Source of the DNA: Candidatus Omnitrophota bacterium
GTDB taxonomy: Bacteria; Omnitrophota; Gorgyraeia; Zapsychrales; JANLHA01
Assembly (NCBI GenBank): GCA_020632535.1
Contig: JACKFJ010000001.1
Coordinates: 26,890 to 90,889, forward strand
Length of the DNA stretch: 64,000 bases
Direction: 5' to 3'
The notes beneath the pieces are model-generated. The model was not told the origin of the DNA and did no database searches. It worked only from the letters and a program-made list of their open reading frames with translations. The position numbers were made by a program, and so were the translations under genes. Positions 53,199-61,887 of the stretch are shown here, piece by piece. Positions within the stretch are counted from its first letter, which is position 1. Each line of letters opens with the position of its first letter.

Positions 53199-54221
53199 AT
53201 GTCCGCAAGGATTCAAGAGCGTTTTTCAAAGAGCATGGACATGCGTAAGCTCAATCGTTCTGTGAGCTGGCGGTTAAGTGCGTCATCTCGTCGCAAAGAA
53301 GACGCTGAACGTTTTTGTCGGGAGACCGTTCGCGCGGTATGCCCAGTATGCGCGAAAGATAAGAGTACTCCTCAGGCAATTATTTATGGATTTCAGTATG
53401 TGATATGCAAAAGTTGTACGCATGTTTATGTGCGAAATGTTCCGCCTTTAGACCGCCTCAAAGCATTTTATGAAAATACTTTGGCAAAAGTCGCGATGCG
53501 CCCGTCGGAAGATTTGACGCAAAAGAAGTTGTATTTTACGCGCGTGAAGGATATTTCATTGCCCAAGATTGATTATGTCACAAAGTCACTCGGCAAAAAG
53601 GGTGTGTGGGTCGATATTGGTTGTGGATCCGGTGAATTGTTATATGCCGCCAAGAAGCGCGGTTGGAAAACTCTTGGGTATGAAATTGACCCACAGGAAA
53701 TCACATTAGCTAAGGATGTTTTTGGTCTGGATGTTCGTCGTGGATATCTTGACGAAGACAATGCCGCCACAATGCTTAAAGACGCAGATGTGGTATCGTT
53801 TTTTAGCGTTTTGGAGCATGTGCCCGCACCGTCAAAACTTCTAAACTTGGTTAAGAAATATGGAAAGAAAAATGTGGCCGTGGTCTTAGAATTGCCGCGC
53901 CATCCGTCGGTCAGTGCTTTTGTGAATATGGCTTTCCCAAAAGCAGTGGCTCGTCATATGCTGCCGCCAAATCACCTGAGTCTTTTTACGGATCAATCGG
54001 TAAAAACATTTTTATCTAAGAGCAGTTTTGCCCCGTCACATATTTGGTATTATGGTCAAGATTTTTATGAATTGATCGGTACCGTCGCATCGATGGCGGG
54101 TTATAAAGATGAAAAAACACTTAATGCTTTGCTTGATCAATTTAATGATGTTCAGAATATTTTTGATAAAAGTAAATTGTGCGATGAATTTATCGTGATT
54201 GCGAAACGGAAAACTAGGTAG
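53199..54221 (+). CDS. Class I SAM-dependent methyltransferase with an N-terminal Cys4 zinc-ribbon
   Basis: The start was moved to ATG 53199, 5 nt after the upstream stop; the ORF-track start at 53121 overlaps the previous gene. CPVC...CKSC ribbon and motif I VWVDIGCGSGELL. Confidence 0.7.
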   Translation: MSARIQERFSKSMDMRKLNRSVSWRLSASSRRKEDAERFCRETVRAVCPVCAKDKSTPQAIIYGFQYVICKSCTHVYVRNVPPLDRLKAFYENTLAKVAMRPSEDLTQKKLYFTRVKDISLPKIDYVTKSLGKKGVWVDIGCGSGELLYAAKKRGWKTLGYEIDPQEITLAKDVFGLDVRRGYLDEDNAATMLKDADVVSFFSVLEHVPAPSKLLNLVKKYGKKNVAVVLELPRHPSVSAFVNMAFPKAVARHMLPPNHLSLFTDQSVKTFLSKSSFAPSHIWYYGQDFYELIGTVASMAGYKDEKTLNALLDQFNDVQNIFDKSKLCDEFIVIAKRKTR

Positions 54222-54976
54222 TGGAAATCGCAAAGAAAAGAATTGTTGCTATCATACAGGCGAGGATGGGTTCAACACGCCTTCCCCAAAAGTCGCTTAT
54301 GCCTCTTGCGGGTATTCCTCTTGTTGATCATGTTTTTGAACGCGCTTTGTTGAGCAGGCTTATTGATAAAGTTGTTGTTGCTGTGCCTGCGACGCCGGAT
54401 AATGAGTTAATTGTACAGCGGGCAGAACGTTTGGGTTTGGGGATTTTTCGTGGGAGTGAGAATGACCTGGTGAGGCGTTATTATGACGCGGCCTTAGGTT
54501 TTAAAGCCGATATTGTTGTGCGTCTGTGCGCGGACAATCCCCTCATTCACGCGAGTGAAATTGACCGAAATATCCGTTTTTTTCTTGACCACAAATACGA
54601 CTTTGTTTCTAATGTCGGTCCGGTCATGGGCAATGATTACCCTGACGGACTTGGCGCGGAAGTATTCAGTTTTACCGCGCTCAAGTGGATCCATGAGAAT
54701 ATGCATGACGCTTATTGCCGCGAACATGTTCACGAGAATTTTTATCGCAATAAAAATCGTTTTAAGCTTGGGACAATAATGTGTCCAAAGGAATTTGCTT
54801 GCCCCGACATTGTGCTGGATATCAATACGAAAGAAGAGTATGATTTCATCTCAAAGCTTTTTGCTGATTTACAAAAGCCCGGAGAGCATATCAATATTAT
54901 GGAAATTATTCCTTGGTATCGGGAAAATGCCGCTTTGATACCAGTGACTTATAAACATTCAGAGGGAAAGTTATGA
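54221..54976 (+). CDS. Cytidylyltransferase (CMP-nonulosonate synthetase / SpsF-PseF-like)
   Basis: GTG start. IVAIIQARMGSTRLPQKSL.PLAG.PL is the hallmark of the CTP_transf_3 family. Confidence 0.75.
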   Translation: MEIAKKRIVAIIQARMGSTRLPQKSLMPLAGIPLVDHVFERALLSRLIDKVVVAVPATPDNELIVQRAERLGLGIFRGSENDLVRRYYDAALGFKADIVVRLCADNPLIHASEIDRNIRFFLDHKYDFVSNVGPVMGNDYPDGLGAEVFSFTALKWIHENMHDAYCREHVHENFYRNKNRFKLGTIMCPKEFACPDIVLDINTKEEYDFISKLFADLQKPGEHINIMEIIPWYRENAALIPVTYKHSEGKL

Positions 54977-55953
54977 AAAACGGTAAATTGCAAAATTATA
55001 TTGCGTATGTTGATGGAAAGTTTGTGCCACAAACTGAAGCCAAGATTTCAATTTATGATTCAGCTTTGATGTTTGGTGATATGGTTTTTGAAATGATGCG
55101 GACATTTAATCACGAGCATTTCCTTTTGGATGAACATTTGGAGCGCCTTTATGCGGGGATGAAATTTCTTAAAATTCCTGAACCCATGTCTCGACTCGAA
55201 ATGAAAAAACTTTATAATGAAACTATGGAAAAAAATGCCGATTTTTTTGATGAAAAAGAAGAGATGCGGCCTTTGATTAATGTTTCGCGTGGGATTCTCC
55301 CCATTTATCAGGATGTTTATGGGCAGGCCCTGAAACCCAACTTAGTCATTTCTGTTTTTCCATTGCGCTGGACGATTGGCGCGACATATCCTAATTACCT
55401 AAACGGTATTAGCATGTACGTCGCAAGTCAGCGCGCGATTCCGGCTGACCTTTTGGAACCGAAAGTCAAAAATCGTAGTCGCATGCATTATCAATTGGCA
55501 AACCTTGAAATGCGCGAAATCGGTCCACACGCGTGGGCGCTCTTGCTTGATACCGATGGATTTATCGCGGAAGGCACGGGTTCAAACATTTTTTTGGTTA
55601 AGAACGGCAAGATTTACACGCCAGAAGGCCGCAATGTTTTGCGCGGCATTACTCGTCGCTACGTAATGAGTTTGGCGGAAGAGCTAAAGATTTCGTGCGA
55701 AGAAAAGAATTTGAATGTTTATGATCTTTATCAGGCGGATGAAGCATTTGTTACCAGTACGCCTTATTGTATTGTTCCTGTGACAAAGATCAATGGGGTT
55801 GCGATTGGTAACGGAAAACCGGGACCGATGGTCACGAAGCTTTTAGATTTTTGGAACAAAAAAGTGGGTGTTGATATTGTGGGACAAGTAAAATACTATT
55901 CGGAAACAGGAACGCAGTCGTCGTCAAATCCATTTGTGGAATTAAAGCGCTAA
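54973..55953 (+). CDS. Class IV (fold-type IV) PLP aminotransferase (branched-chain / D-amino-acid aminotransferase family)
   Basis: Length and motifs (FGDMVFEMMRTF, EGTGSNIFLVKNGKIYTP, VLRGITRR, EAFVTST) fit the BCAT/DAAT fold. Confidence 0.7.
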   Translation: MKNGKLQNYIAYVDGKFVPQTEAKISIYDSALMFGDMVFEMMRTFNHEHFLLDEHLERLYAGMKFLKIPEPMSRLEMKKLYNETMEKNADFFDEKEEMRPLINVSRGILPIYQDVYGQALKPNLVISVFPLRWTIGATYPNYLNGISMYVASQRAIPADLLEPKVKNRSRMHYQLANLEMREIGPHAWALLLDTDGFIAEGTGSNIFLVKNGKIYTPEGRNVLRGITRRYVMSLAEELKISCEEKNLNVYDLYQADEAFVTSTPYCIVPVTKINGVAIGNGKPGPMVTKLLDFWNKKVGVDIVGQVKYYSETGTQSSSNPFVELKR

Positions 55954-55963
55954 TATTTAGTTG

Positions 55964-56095
55964 CGGTTGATCTGGAGTTGGACGTTGCGAGGACGAGCGG
56001 GCATGGTTCTCTCCAAAGGAGAGAGAGCGAGTCCGAGCATCGAGCGCAGTCAGCCACGCAGGGGCTGACAAGCGATCTGGCGGAATGATCAACCG
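55964..56095. repeat. Composite palindromic intergenic element (element D), related to families A/C
   Basis: Private arms CGGTTGATC / GATCAACCG, and inner hairpins TCTCTCC-aaa-GGAGAGA (56008-56024) and TCAGCC-acgcagg-GGCTGA (56050-56068). It shares TTGCGAGGAC...CATGG with element C, and GAG(T)CCGAG / GGCG(G)AAT blocks with family A but in swapped order. Confidence 0.6.
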
Positions 56096-56121
56096 AAGAT
56101 AAATCGTAATCGAATAACAAT

Positions 56122-56922
56122 ATGAAAATTTTTGATCTCTCAGGAAAAACGATTCTTGTCACTGGTGCCAATGGCTGGTTAGCCAGCGGTTTTATTGAAC
56201 CGTGTTTGTCATTTGGCGCGCGCATCATCATGGTTGATAGCAGTCCTGCTGTTAAAGACACCGCAGTTAAACTTTCTAAAAAGTATCCTAGAAAAGTTGA
56301 CACCGTAATTGTCGATATGTTTGATCAAAAAGCATATCAACAAGCTTTAAATAAAATCGCTAAGACGCATCAAATGTACGGCATTATCAATAATGCCTTT
56401 TGTTTCGGAAAATCTAACGTTGAGACCGGAGCGGAAGGCGATTTTATGAGTTTGAGTGACGAACAATGGATGACGGCGTTTGAATCCGGCATTCTCTGGG
56501 CTGTACAAACAGTAAAACCTTTTTTACCGGCAATGCGCAAAAATAAAGGAGGGTCTATTATTAACATATGTTCCATGTATGCCTTGATTGCTCCAAATCC
56601 GAATTTGTATAGCGGCGAGTTTAAAAAATATTTGAGTCAGCCGACGTATACGTCAGCGAAGCATGGGCTTTGGGGATGGACCAAGTATATGGCATCTTTT
56701 TTAGCAAAGGACCAAGTTCGTTGCAATGCGATTGCGCCCGGCGCATTTTCAAAACCCGCGACGGACGCAAAATTTATCAAACGACTAAAGGATATCATTC
56801 CCCTGCAAACGATCGGAAAACCAGCTGATCTTGCTGGTGCTGTTATCTACTTACTTTCTGAGAGTTCCTCGTATATGACAGGCCAGTGTTTGACAATTGA
56901 CGGCGGTTGGACCGTGAGGTAA
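56122..56922 (+). CDS. Short-chain dehydrogenase/reductase (SDR)
   Basis: TGANGWLASG cofactor motif, NNAF, and catalytic YTSAKHG (YxxxK). Confidence 0.8.
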   Translation: MKIFDLSGKTILVTGANGWLASGFIEPCLSFGARIIMVDSSPAVKDTAVKLSKKYPRKVDTVIVDMFDQKAYQQALNKIAKTHQMYGIINNAFCFGKSNVETGAEGDFMSLSDEQWMTAFESGILWAVQTVKPFLPAMRKNKGGSIINICSMYALIAPNPNLYSGEFKKYLSQPTYTSAKHGLWGWTKYMASFLAKDQVRCNAIAPGAFSKPATDAKFIKRLKDIIPLQTIGKPADLAGAVIYLLSESSSYMTGQCLTIDGGWTVR

Positions 56923-56925
56923 TTC

Positions 56926-57777
56926 ATGTCCCACGATGAAATCGGTGATATCGCAAAAGCCCGCGAAACTTTTGTCGCTCCTTTTATCACGACAAAAAAA
57001 GATTTAAAACAAGCCTTTAAAAAGATTGGTGTGCGGCCCGGTATGTGCGTTATGCTACACGCCGCCATGAAAGATCTTGGCTATGTCGTCAACGGCCCGC
57101 ATGATGTAATTGATGGACTGTTGGAAACTCTTACGGCAAAAGGTACGTTGATGGTTTCTGCAAATACCAGTCAATTGACTGATCCGGCAGAATGGAAAGC
57201 TCCCGCAGTACCAAAATCGTGGGTCAATATTATTCGTAAGAACATGCGCCCGTTTGACACCAAAACAACATTGATTCGCGGACGGGGGCTGTTACCATTA
57301 AGTTTTTTGCTTTATCCAAAAGTTTTTCGCAGTTCTCATCCTGTAAAATCAATTGCGGCAAAGGGGAAGCTGGCAAAAAAAATAACTAGTCGGCATGCTT
57401 TTGATACCAGTGAAGGAAAAGGAAGCCCGATTTATCAACTGTATTTGCAAAAGGGATATGCTTTGATGTTGGGTGTTGATCTCGTGCATTGCACCGCTTT
57501 GCATTTGGCTGAGCATTTGGTGAATGTCCCATATTTAACAGCGCCGAAATTTAAGTGTCTTGCTTCTGCTGCAGCAAAGAATCAATTTAAAGCAATGAAA
57601 AAATATCCAATTACGTCAAAGTATTTTTACAAGCTTCACGCGCCGCTTAAAGCGAAGGGGTTTTTGAAGGAGAGCAGGTATCGTAATTGTCCGCTTATTC
57701 TTTTAGATGTTTTTCGTTCCGTGAACTATGTTGCTGGTCTTTTGAAAAAAGATAGCAACTTTCTGCTTAAGCCTTAA
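56926..57777 (+). CDS. AAC(3)-family (Antibiotic_NAT fold) N-acetyltransferase, probably acting on an amino sugar
   Basis: GVRPGMCVMLHAAMKDLGYVVNGPHDVIDGLLETLTAKGTLMV matches the N-terminal signature of aminoglycoside 3-N-acetyltransferase-like proteins. The context is a glycan cluster. Confidence 0.6.
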   Translation: MSHDEIGDIAKARETFVAPFITTKKDLKQAFKKIGVRPGMCVMLHAAMKDLGYVVNGPHDVIDGLLETLTAKGTLMVSANTSQLTDPAEWKAPAVPKSWVNIIRKNMRPFDTKTTLIRGRGLLPLSFLLYPKVFRSSHPVKSIAAKGKLAKKITSRHAFDTSEGKGSPIYQLYLQKGYALMLGVDLVHCTALHLAEHLVNVPYLTAPKFKCLASAAAKNQFKAMKKYPITSKYFYKLHAPLKAKGFLKESRYRNCPLILLDVFRSVNYVAGLLKKDSNFLLKP

Positions 57778-57786
57778 ATCAGTCAA

Positions 57787-59601
57787 ATGTCAGCCCCAAA
57801 ACTCAAACCTTTATTCTTTGTGCATACCATTGACCCGATTCTTTGGGTTTGCCTCATGTTATTTATTCGTCCGTTCTTTCGTATTGTGTGTTTTCAATAT
57901 CGCAATATTAAGGAGATAGGATTTAAAAGATTAGAAATTTCCATACTTTCCGCTCAAGAGTTTGAGAATTGTAATTTGGCAGGGTTAGAATTTGCGAAAA
58001 GGAATAATTTTGCAAAACTCTGTGCTATTCATGGAAGAATCACAACGCATGATTTGGACTTTACAAACTATTTTGCTAAAGAGATGCTGCGTTCATACAC
58101 CGATTTATTATTGTCAGCACAAATGATTCGAAAATTACCTGATCCGCAAGGTTTTTTTATTTTAACACGGCAGTTTTTTGGCCGAGTGCTCCGTGAAAAA
58201 GTAGAGATTTCGATTGCTCAGGCCAGTGGTTTAAAATGTGTCCGTAGATTATGGACTGTTTTTCGTTGGTTGCAGATTCCGATACGTATTTTTTTCGCAT
58301 TATTTAATTTCTGGGCGGCTGTTGTTGTGATTTTGTTGAAAAAGAAAACAATCACTAAAGTTAATCTCGATCAGAAAATCATTGTTGTAGCCAATACCGT
58401 TTCAGAACTGCAGTCAGATTTCATTCGACAATTATCAGTAGGGTTTTTTATCGACGGTAAGCGATTTAAGAAAGAGGATGTGATTTTCTTGACACGCCGT
58501 GGGCCAGAAGCAGGTAAATGGCGTGAGGAAGGATATTTTGCCTATAATCTCATTGATTTGGCTAATCATATTTTGCATTTTCAAGCGATTATTCGACTTT
58601 TGACAATGTTTTTTATGCATCCACGGCTTTCGGTAGGCTTGATCGTTTTTTTCCCGCCATGGGTTTTGTATTATTTGGTTTTGAGTGATAGTTTAGTTTT
58701 AGAAAACAAGTTTCGCGGCCTTGTTTATACCAATTCCGACGTAACTATTGAACCGATTTTTTCGGTGCCGTTTTTGGCGCACAGTATTCCAGTTGTTCTG
58801 TTTTATTATTCTGCGAGTACATTCCCGAATTCCATGTGGGCATTTTTACAGGCCAGTCATATTTTTGTATGGAATAAAGATATGATCGATTTTCTTTGTG
58901 AACATCCGCAAAATGAGAAAAAAACGTTTCTCGTGTCAGGGCCTTTGATGCAAGCTGAAGATCAATTTGGCGAGGGAGATTTGCAAAGATTACGCGCCGA
59001 GTTTAAAATTCCCTTTGAATCAAAAAATCAAATCAATATCGGGATATTCGATATTGCTCCCGCTAGGCGAGATCATTTAGAGCAGATCCGATTTGTACAA
59101 AATCCAAAATTGACACAGGAATTGCATAAGGATTTTTTGTTCGATATTTTTTCATTGGGTCAGAATGTTGATGAAGTTCGAATGATGCTCAAGCCTAAAC
59201 GTTGGACATTCAAGCACGAAATTTCACCGCGCATCAATGAATATATTGAGAATAATTTAAATCGAGTTATTTTATTACCGCCTTCTATAAATCCACAGAT
59301 TGCGATTCAAAGTTGCCAAGCTGTTATTTGCTTTCCATTTACGTCAATATTTTTTGCAGCATTACAAAAAGGAATTCCCGCGATTTTTTACTATCCTTTC
59401 GAGGATGATGGATTAAAGAAAGTAAGTCATTTGCAGGAATTTACGATTTACGGCAAGCATAATTTAGTAAAATGGTTTGTTTCTTTTCGGGAAGGTAAAG
59501 TCTATATTCCATCACAGGAGCAAATCAAGAATCTTTGTGGATTAGAAAAAGACCGCAACGTACGAGATCACTTTATTTCGCAATTGGTTGAAGTTTTATG
59601 A
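57787..59601 (+). CDS. Hypothetical membrane-associated protein, possible glycosyl/nonulosonate transferase
   Basis: 604 aa with N-terminal hydrophobic segments. The C-terminal half has a Rossmann-like alternation (..INIGIFDIAP.., ..AVICFPFTSIFFAALQKGIPAIFY). No firm motif. Confidence 0.4.
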   Translation: MSAPKLKPLFFVHTIDPILWVCLMLFIRPFFRIVCFQYRNIKEIGFKRLEISILSAQEFENCNLAGLEFAKRNNFAKLCAIHGRITTHDLDFTNYFAKEMLRSYTDLLLSAQMIRKLPDPQGFFILTRQFFGRVLREKVEISIAQASGLKCVRRLWTVFRWLQIPIRIFFALFNFWAAVVVILLKKKTITKVNLDQKIIVVANTVSELQSDFIRQLSVGFFIDGKRFKKEDVIFLTRRGPEAGKWREEGYFAYNLIDLANHILHFQAIIRLLTMFFMHPRLSVGLIVFFPPWVLYYLVLSDSLVLENKFRGLVYTNSDVTIEPIFSVPFLAHSIPVVLFYYSASTFPNSMWAFLQASHIFVWNKDMIDFLCEHPQNEKKTFLVSGPLMQAEDQFGEGDLQRLRAEFKIPFESKNQINIGIFDIAPARRDHLEQIRFVQNPKLTQELHKDFLFDIFSLGQNVDEVRMMLKPKRWTFKHEISPRINEYIENNLNRVILLPPSINPQIAIQSCQAVICFPFTSIFFAALQKGIPAIFYYPFEDDGLKKVSHLQEFTIYGKHNLVKWFVSFREGKVYIPSQEQIKNLCGLEKDRNVRDHFISQLVEVL

Positions 59602-61055
59602 CATACCAGAGTCGTCATGTGAAATCCGGATTATTGTATTTGGGTGCCACATTAGTCGATAGTGTCGTTCCTTTCATAACTTTACCATTTTTTACACGTG
59701 TATTGACGGTAGGAGATTTTGGTGTGCTCGCTTTGGCTCAGGTTTTTGCTTTGGTGGCGGGTGGTTTAGCAAATTTTGGTATGGCAACAGCTTATAACAG
59801 GAATTACTTTGAATTTTATGAGGATAAAAAGAAAACCGGTGAGCTGTTTTTTACAACCATTGGTTTTGTCGCAATATTAGGTGCGATTCTCGGGTGTGTC
59901 ACTTTTTTTCTTCAAGATTCTTTATCGCAATGGATTATTCGCTCTGCGCATTATGGTCAACTTTTATTTTTTGCTTTGCTCGGAAATATTCTTATCAATT
60001 TACGATTATTCTTTTTGACATACTTGCGAAATGTTGATCGGCCAAAGCAATATGTTGGTAATACCGTAGTCTTGTCGATTCTTAACTTGGGCTTATCCCT
60101 TTATTTTGTGGTCATTGCTAAAGTCGGGGTCATTGGAATTATTTATGCTCAAGTGATATCAGCATCGATTATTCTAGTTGGTTTACTTATGCAGTTCCTT
60201 AAGGAATTACCTTTGGGTTGGAATACCAAATTTCTAGTTGATGAAATAAAAATCGGCAGTCCGACTGTTCCTATGGTTTTCTTTAGCGCGGTTAGTACGC
60301 ATTTTGATAAGTATCTTCTCGGCCTTCTTTCGACAATTGATGGCGTAGGTATTTATAGTATTGGCCAGAAGATTGCGACACTTAACTTTACTTTTATGAC
60401 ATCCTTGCAAAATGTTTTTTCACCGCAGGTTTATAAGAAAATGTTTGTTGGGACAGAAGAAAGCCGGGCCGAAATTGGTCATTATCTTATTCCTTTCGCG
60501 TATGTGGTTTGTTTTGTGGGTCTTTGCATTGTTTTATTTGCGGATGAAATTTTGCGCATCCTTGTGCCGCCAGCATTTTATGGCGCTTGCGACATCGTTA
60601 TTATTTTGACGCTTTTTTATGCAATTCTATTTTTTGCAAAAATCAATGGCGATCAATTGATTTATGCTAAGAAAACATTTTTGACGACGGGTTTATTGAT
60701 GTTGGCCGCGATATTAAATATTATGGTCAATATTTTTTTTATTCAAAAGTGGGGAGCTCCCGGCGCGGCGTGGGCAACATTTATTGCTCGACTTTTATCT
60801 GCTTGTATTATTTTTAAGGTTGCGCAGAGTTTTGTTCGGATCAGTTGGCAGGTTAAAACCATGACACTGATTTTTGGGACACTTTTTTTAGCGGCGATTG
60901 GCTTGCTTATTTTGCGGCAGCAATCATTTGCGTATAGTTATCAATTGATTTACAAATTATTGTTTGTTGGCGTTTATTTGTTTGTTGGTAAGAATGTGGG
61001 GTTGTTGACGAAATCCAATATCACAGCGGTTTTTAAGAAATCCACATTGGGCTGA
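59598..61055 (+). CDS. wzx: Wzx-type oligosaccharide flippase (MOP/PST family)
   Basis: About 12-14 TM helices, a polysaccharide-biosynthesis-protein pattern, and a location inside the glycan cluster. Confidence 0.7.
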   Translation: MTYQSRHVKSGLLYLGATLVDSVVPFITLPFFTRVLTVGDFGVLALAQVFALVAGGLANFGMATAYNRNYFEFYEDKKKTGELFFTTIGFVAILGAILGCVTFFLQDSLSQWIIRSAHYGQLLFFALLGNILINLRLFFLTYLRNVDRPKQYVGNTVVLSILNLGLSLYFVVIAKVGVIGIIYAQVISASIILVGLLMQFLKELPLGWNTKFLVDEIKIGSPTVPMVFFSAVSTHFDKYLLGLLSTIDGVGIYSIGQKIATLNFTFMTSLQNVFSPQVYKKMFVGTEESRAEIGHYLIPFAYVVCFVGLCIVLFADEILRILVPPAFYGACDIVIILTLFYAILFFAKINGDQLIYAKKTFLTTGLLMLAAILNIMVNIFFIQKWGAPGAAWATFIARLLSACIIFKVAQSFVRISWQVKTMTLIFGTLFLAAIGLLILRQQSFAYSYQLIYKLLFVGVYLFVGKNVGLLTKSNITAVFKKSTLG

Positions 61056-61105
61056 TGGACAGTGCGTGATATGCTGTCATTATAAATATTTCAAGTGAGG
61101 AAAAT

Positions 61106-61882
61106 ATGGATTTAATGCAAGCTTTGATTTTGGGAGTTGTCGAAGGGATTAGTGAGTTTTTGCCGATCTCTTCAACAGGACATTTGATTCTTGCGTCAGA
61201 AATTCTTGGTATTCCTGCGAGTGAATTTGTGAAAAGTTTTGAAATTGCAATTCAGCTGGGCGCTATTCTTGCGGTTGTTGTCCTCTATGGGCGTTCGCTT
61301 TTGTTAGATTTTAAAATTCTTCAAAGAGTTGCGGTGGCGTTTGTTCCAACAGCAATTTTGGGTCTGATATTTTATAAGCTGATCAAAAAGTTTCTATTAG
61401 GTAATAGCATGGTCGTGGTTTGGGCATTATTTATTGGGGGTATTATATTAATTGTTTTTGAGCTTTGGCATCGTGAGAAGGAGGATGTTAATGAGGACTT
61501 GCGCACCATTCCGTTTAAGACAGCTTTCTTTATCGGTGTTTTTCAGTCTTTTGCGATGGTTCCCGGAGTGTCTCGCTCTGCGGCGACGATCATCGGTGGT
61601 TTGATGTTGGGTTTGAAACGCCGCACCATTGTGGAGTTCTCTTTTTTGCTCGCAATTCCGACGATGACGGCAGCGGCTGGGCTTGATCTATTAAAAAGTG
61701 GACATGATTTTAGTAGTCATCAGATTGCCTGTTTGGGTGTCGGTTTTGGTGTTTCGTTTATTGTTGCTTTATTGAGCATAAAATTTTTACTGCACTTTAT
61801 TAAGAATAACAATTTTATTTCCTTTGGAATTTATCGAATTGTTGTTGCCGTCTTATTTTATTTTCTTTTAATACGAGCTTAG
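61106..61882 (+). CDS. uppP: Undecaprenyl-diphosphate phosphatase
   Basis: GVVEGISEFLPISSTGHLIL and PGVSRSAATIIGG are BacA/UppP signatures. 258 aa, 8 TM helices. Confidence 0.9.
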   Translation: MDLMQALILGVVEGISEFLPISSTGHLILASEILGIPASEFVKSFEIAIQLGAILAVVVLYGRSLLLDFKILQRVAVAFVPTAILGLIFYKLIKKFLLGNSMVVVWALFIGGIILIVFELWHREKEDVNEDLRTIPFKTAFFIGVFQSFAMVPGVSRSAATIIGGLMLGLKRRTIVEFSFLLAIPTMTAAAGLDLLKSGHDFSSHQIACLGVGFGVSFIVALLSIKFLLHFIKNNNFISFGIYRIVVAVLFYFLLIRA

Positions 61883-61887
61883 GGAAT

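Noticed and set aside
55832-56303. Minus-strand ORFs of 86 and 117 aa spanning the gap between the aminotransferase and the SDR.
   Set aside because: They are built on repeat element D and on the antisense of the SDR 5' end. They have no RBS and give low-complexity R/S/A-rich products.
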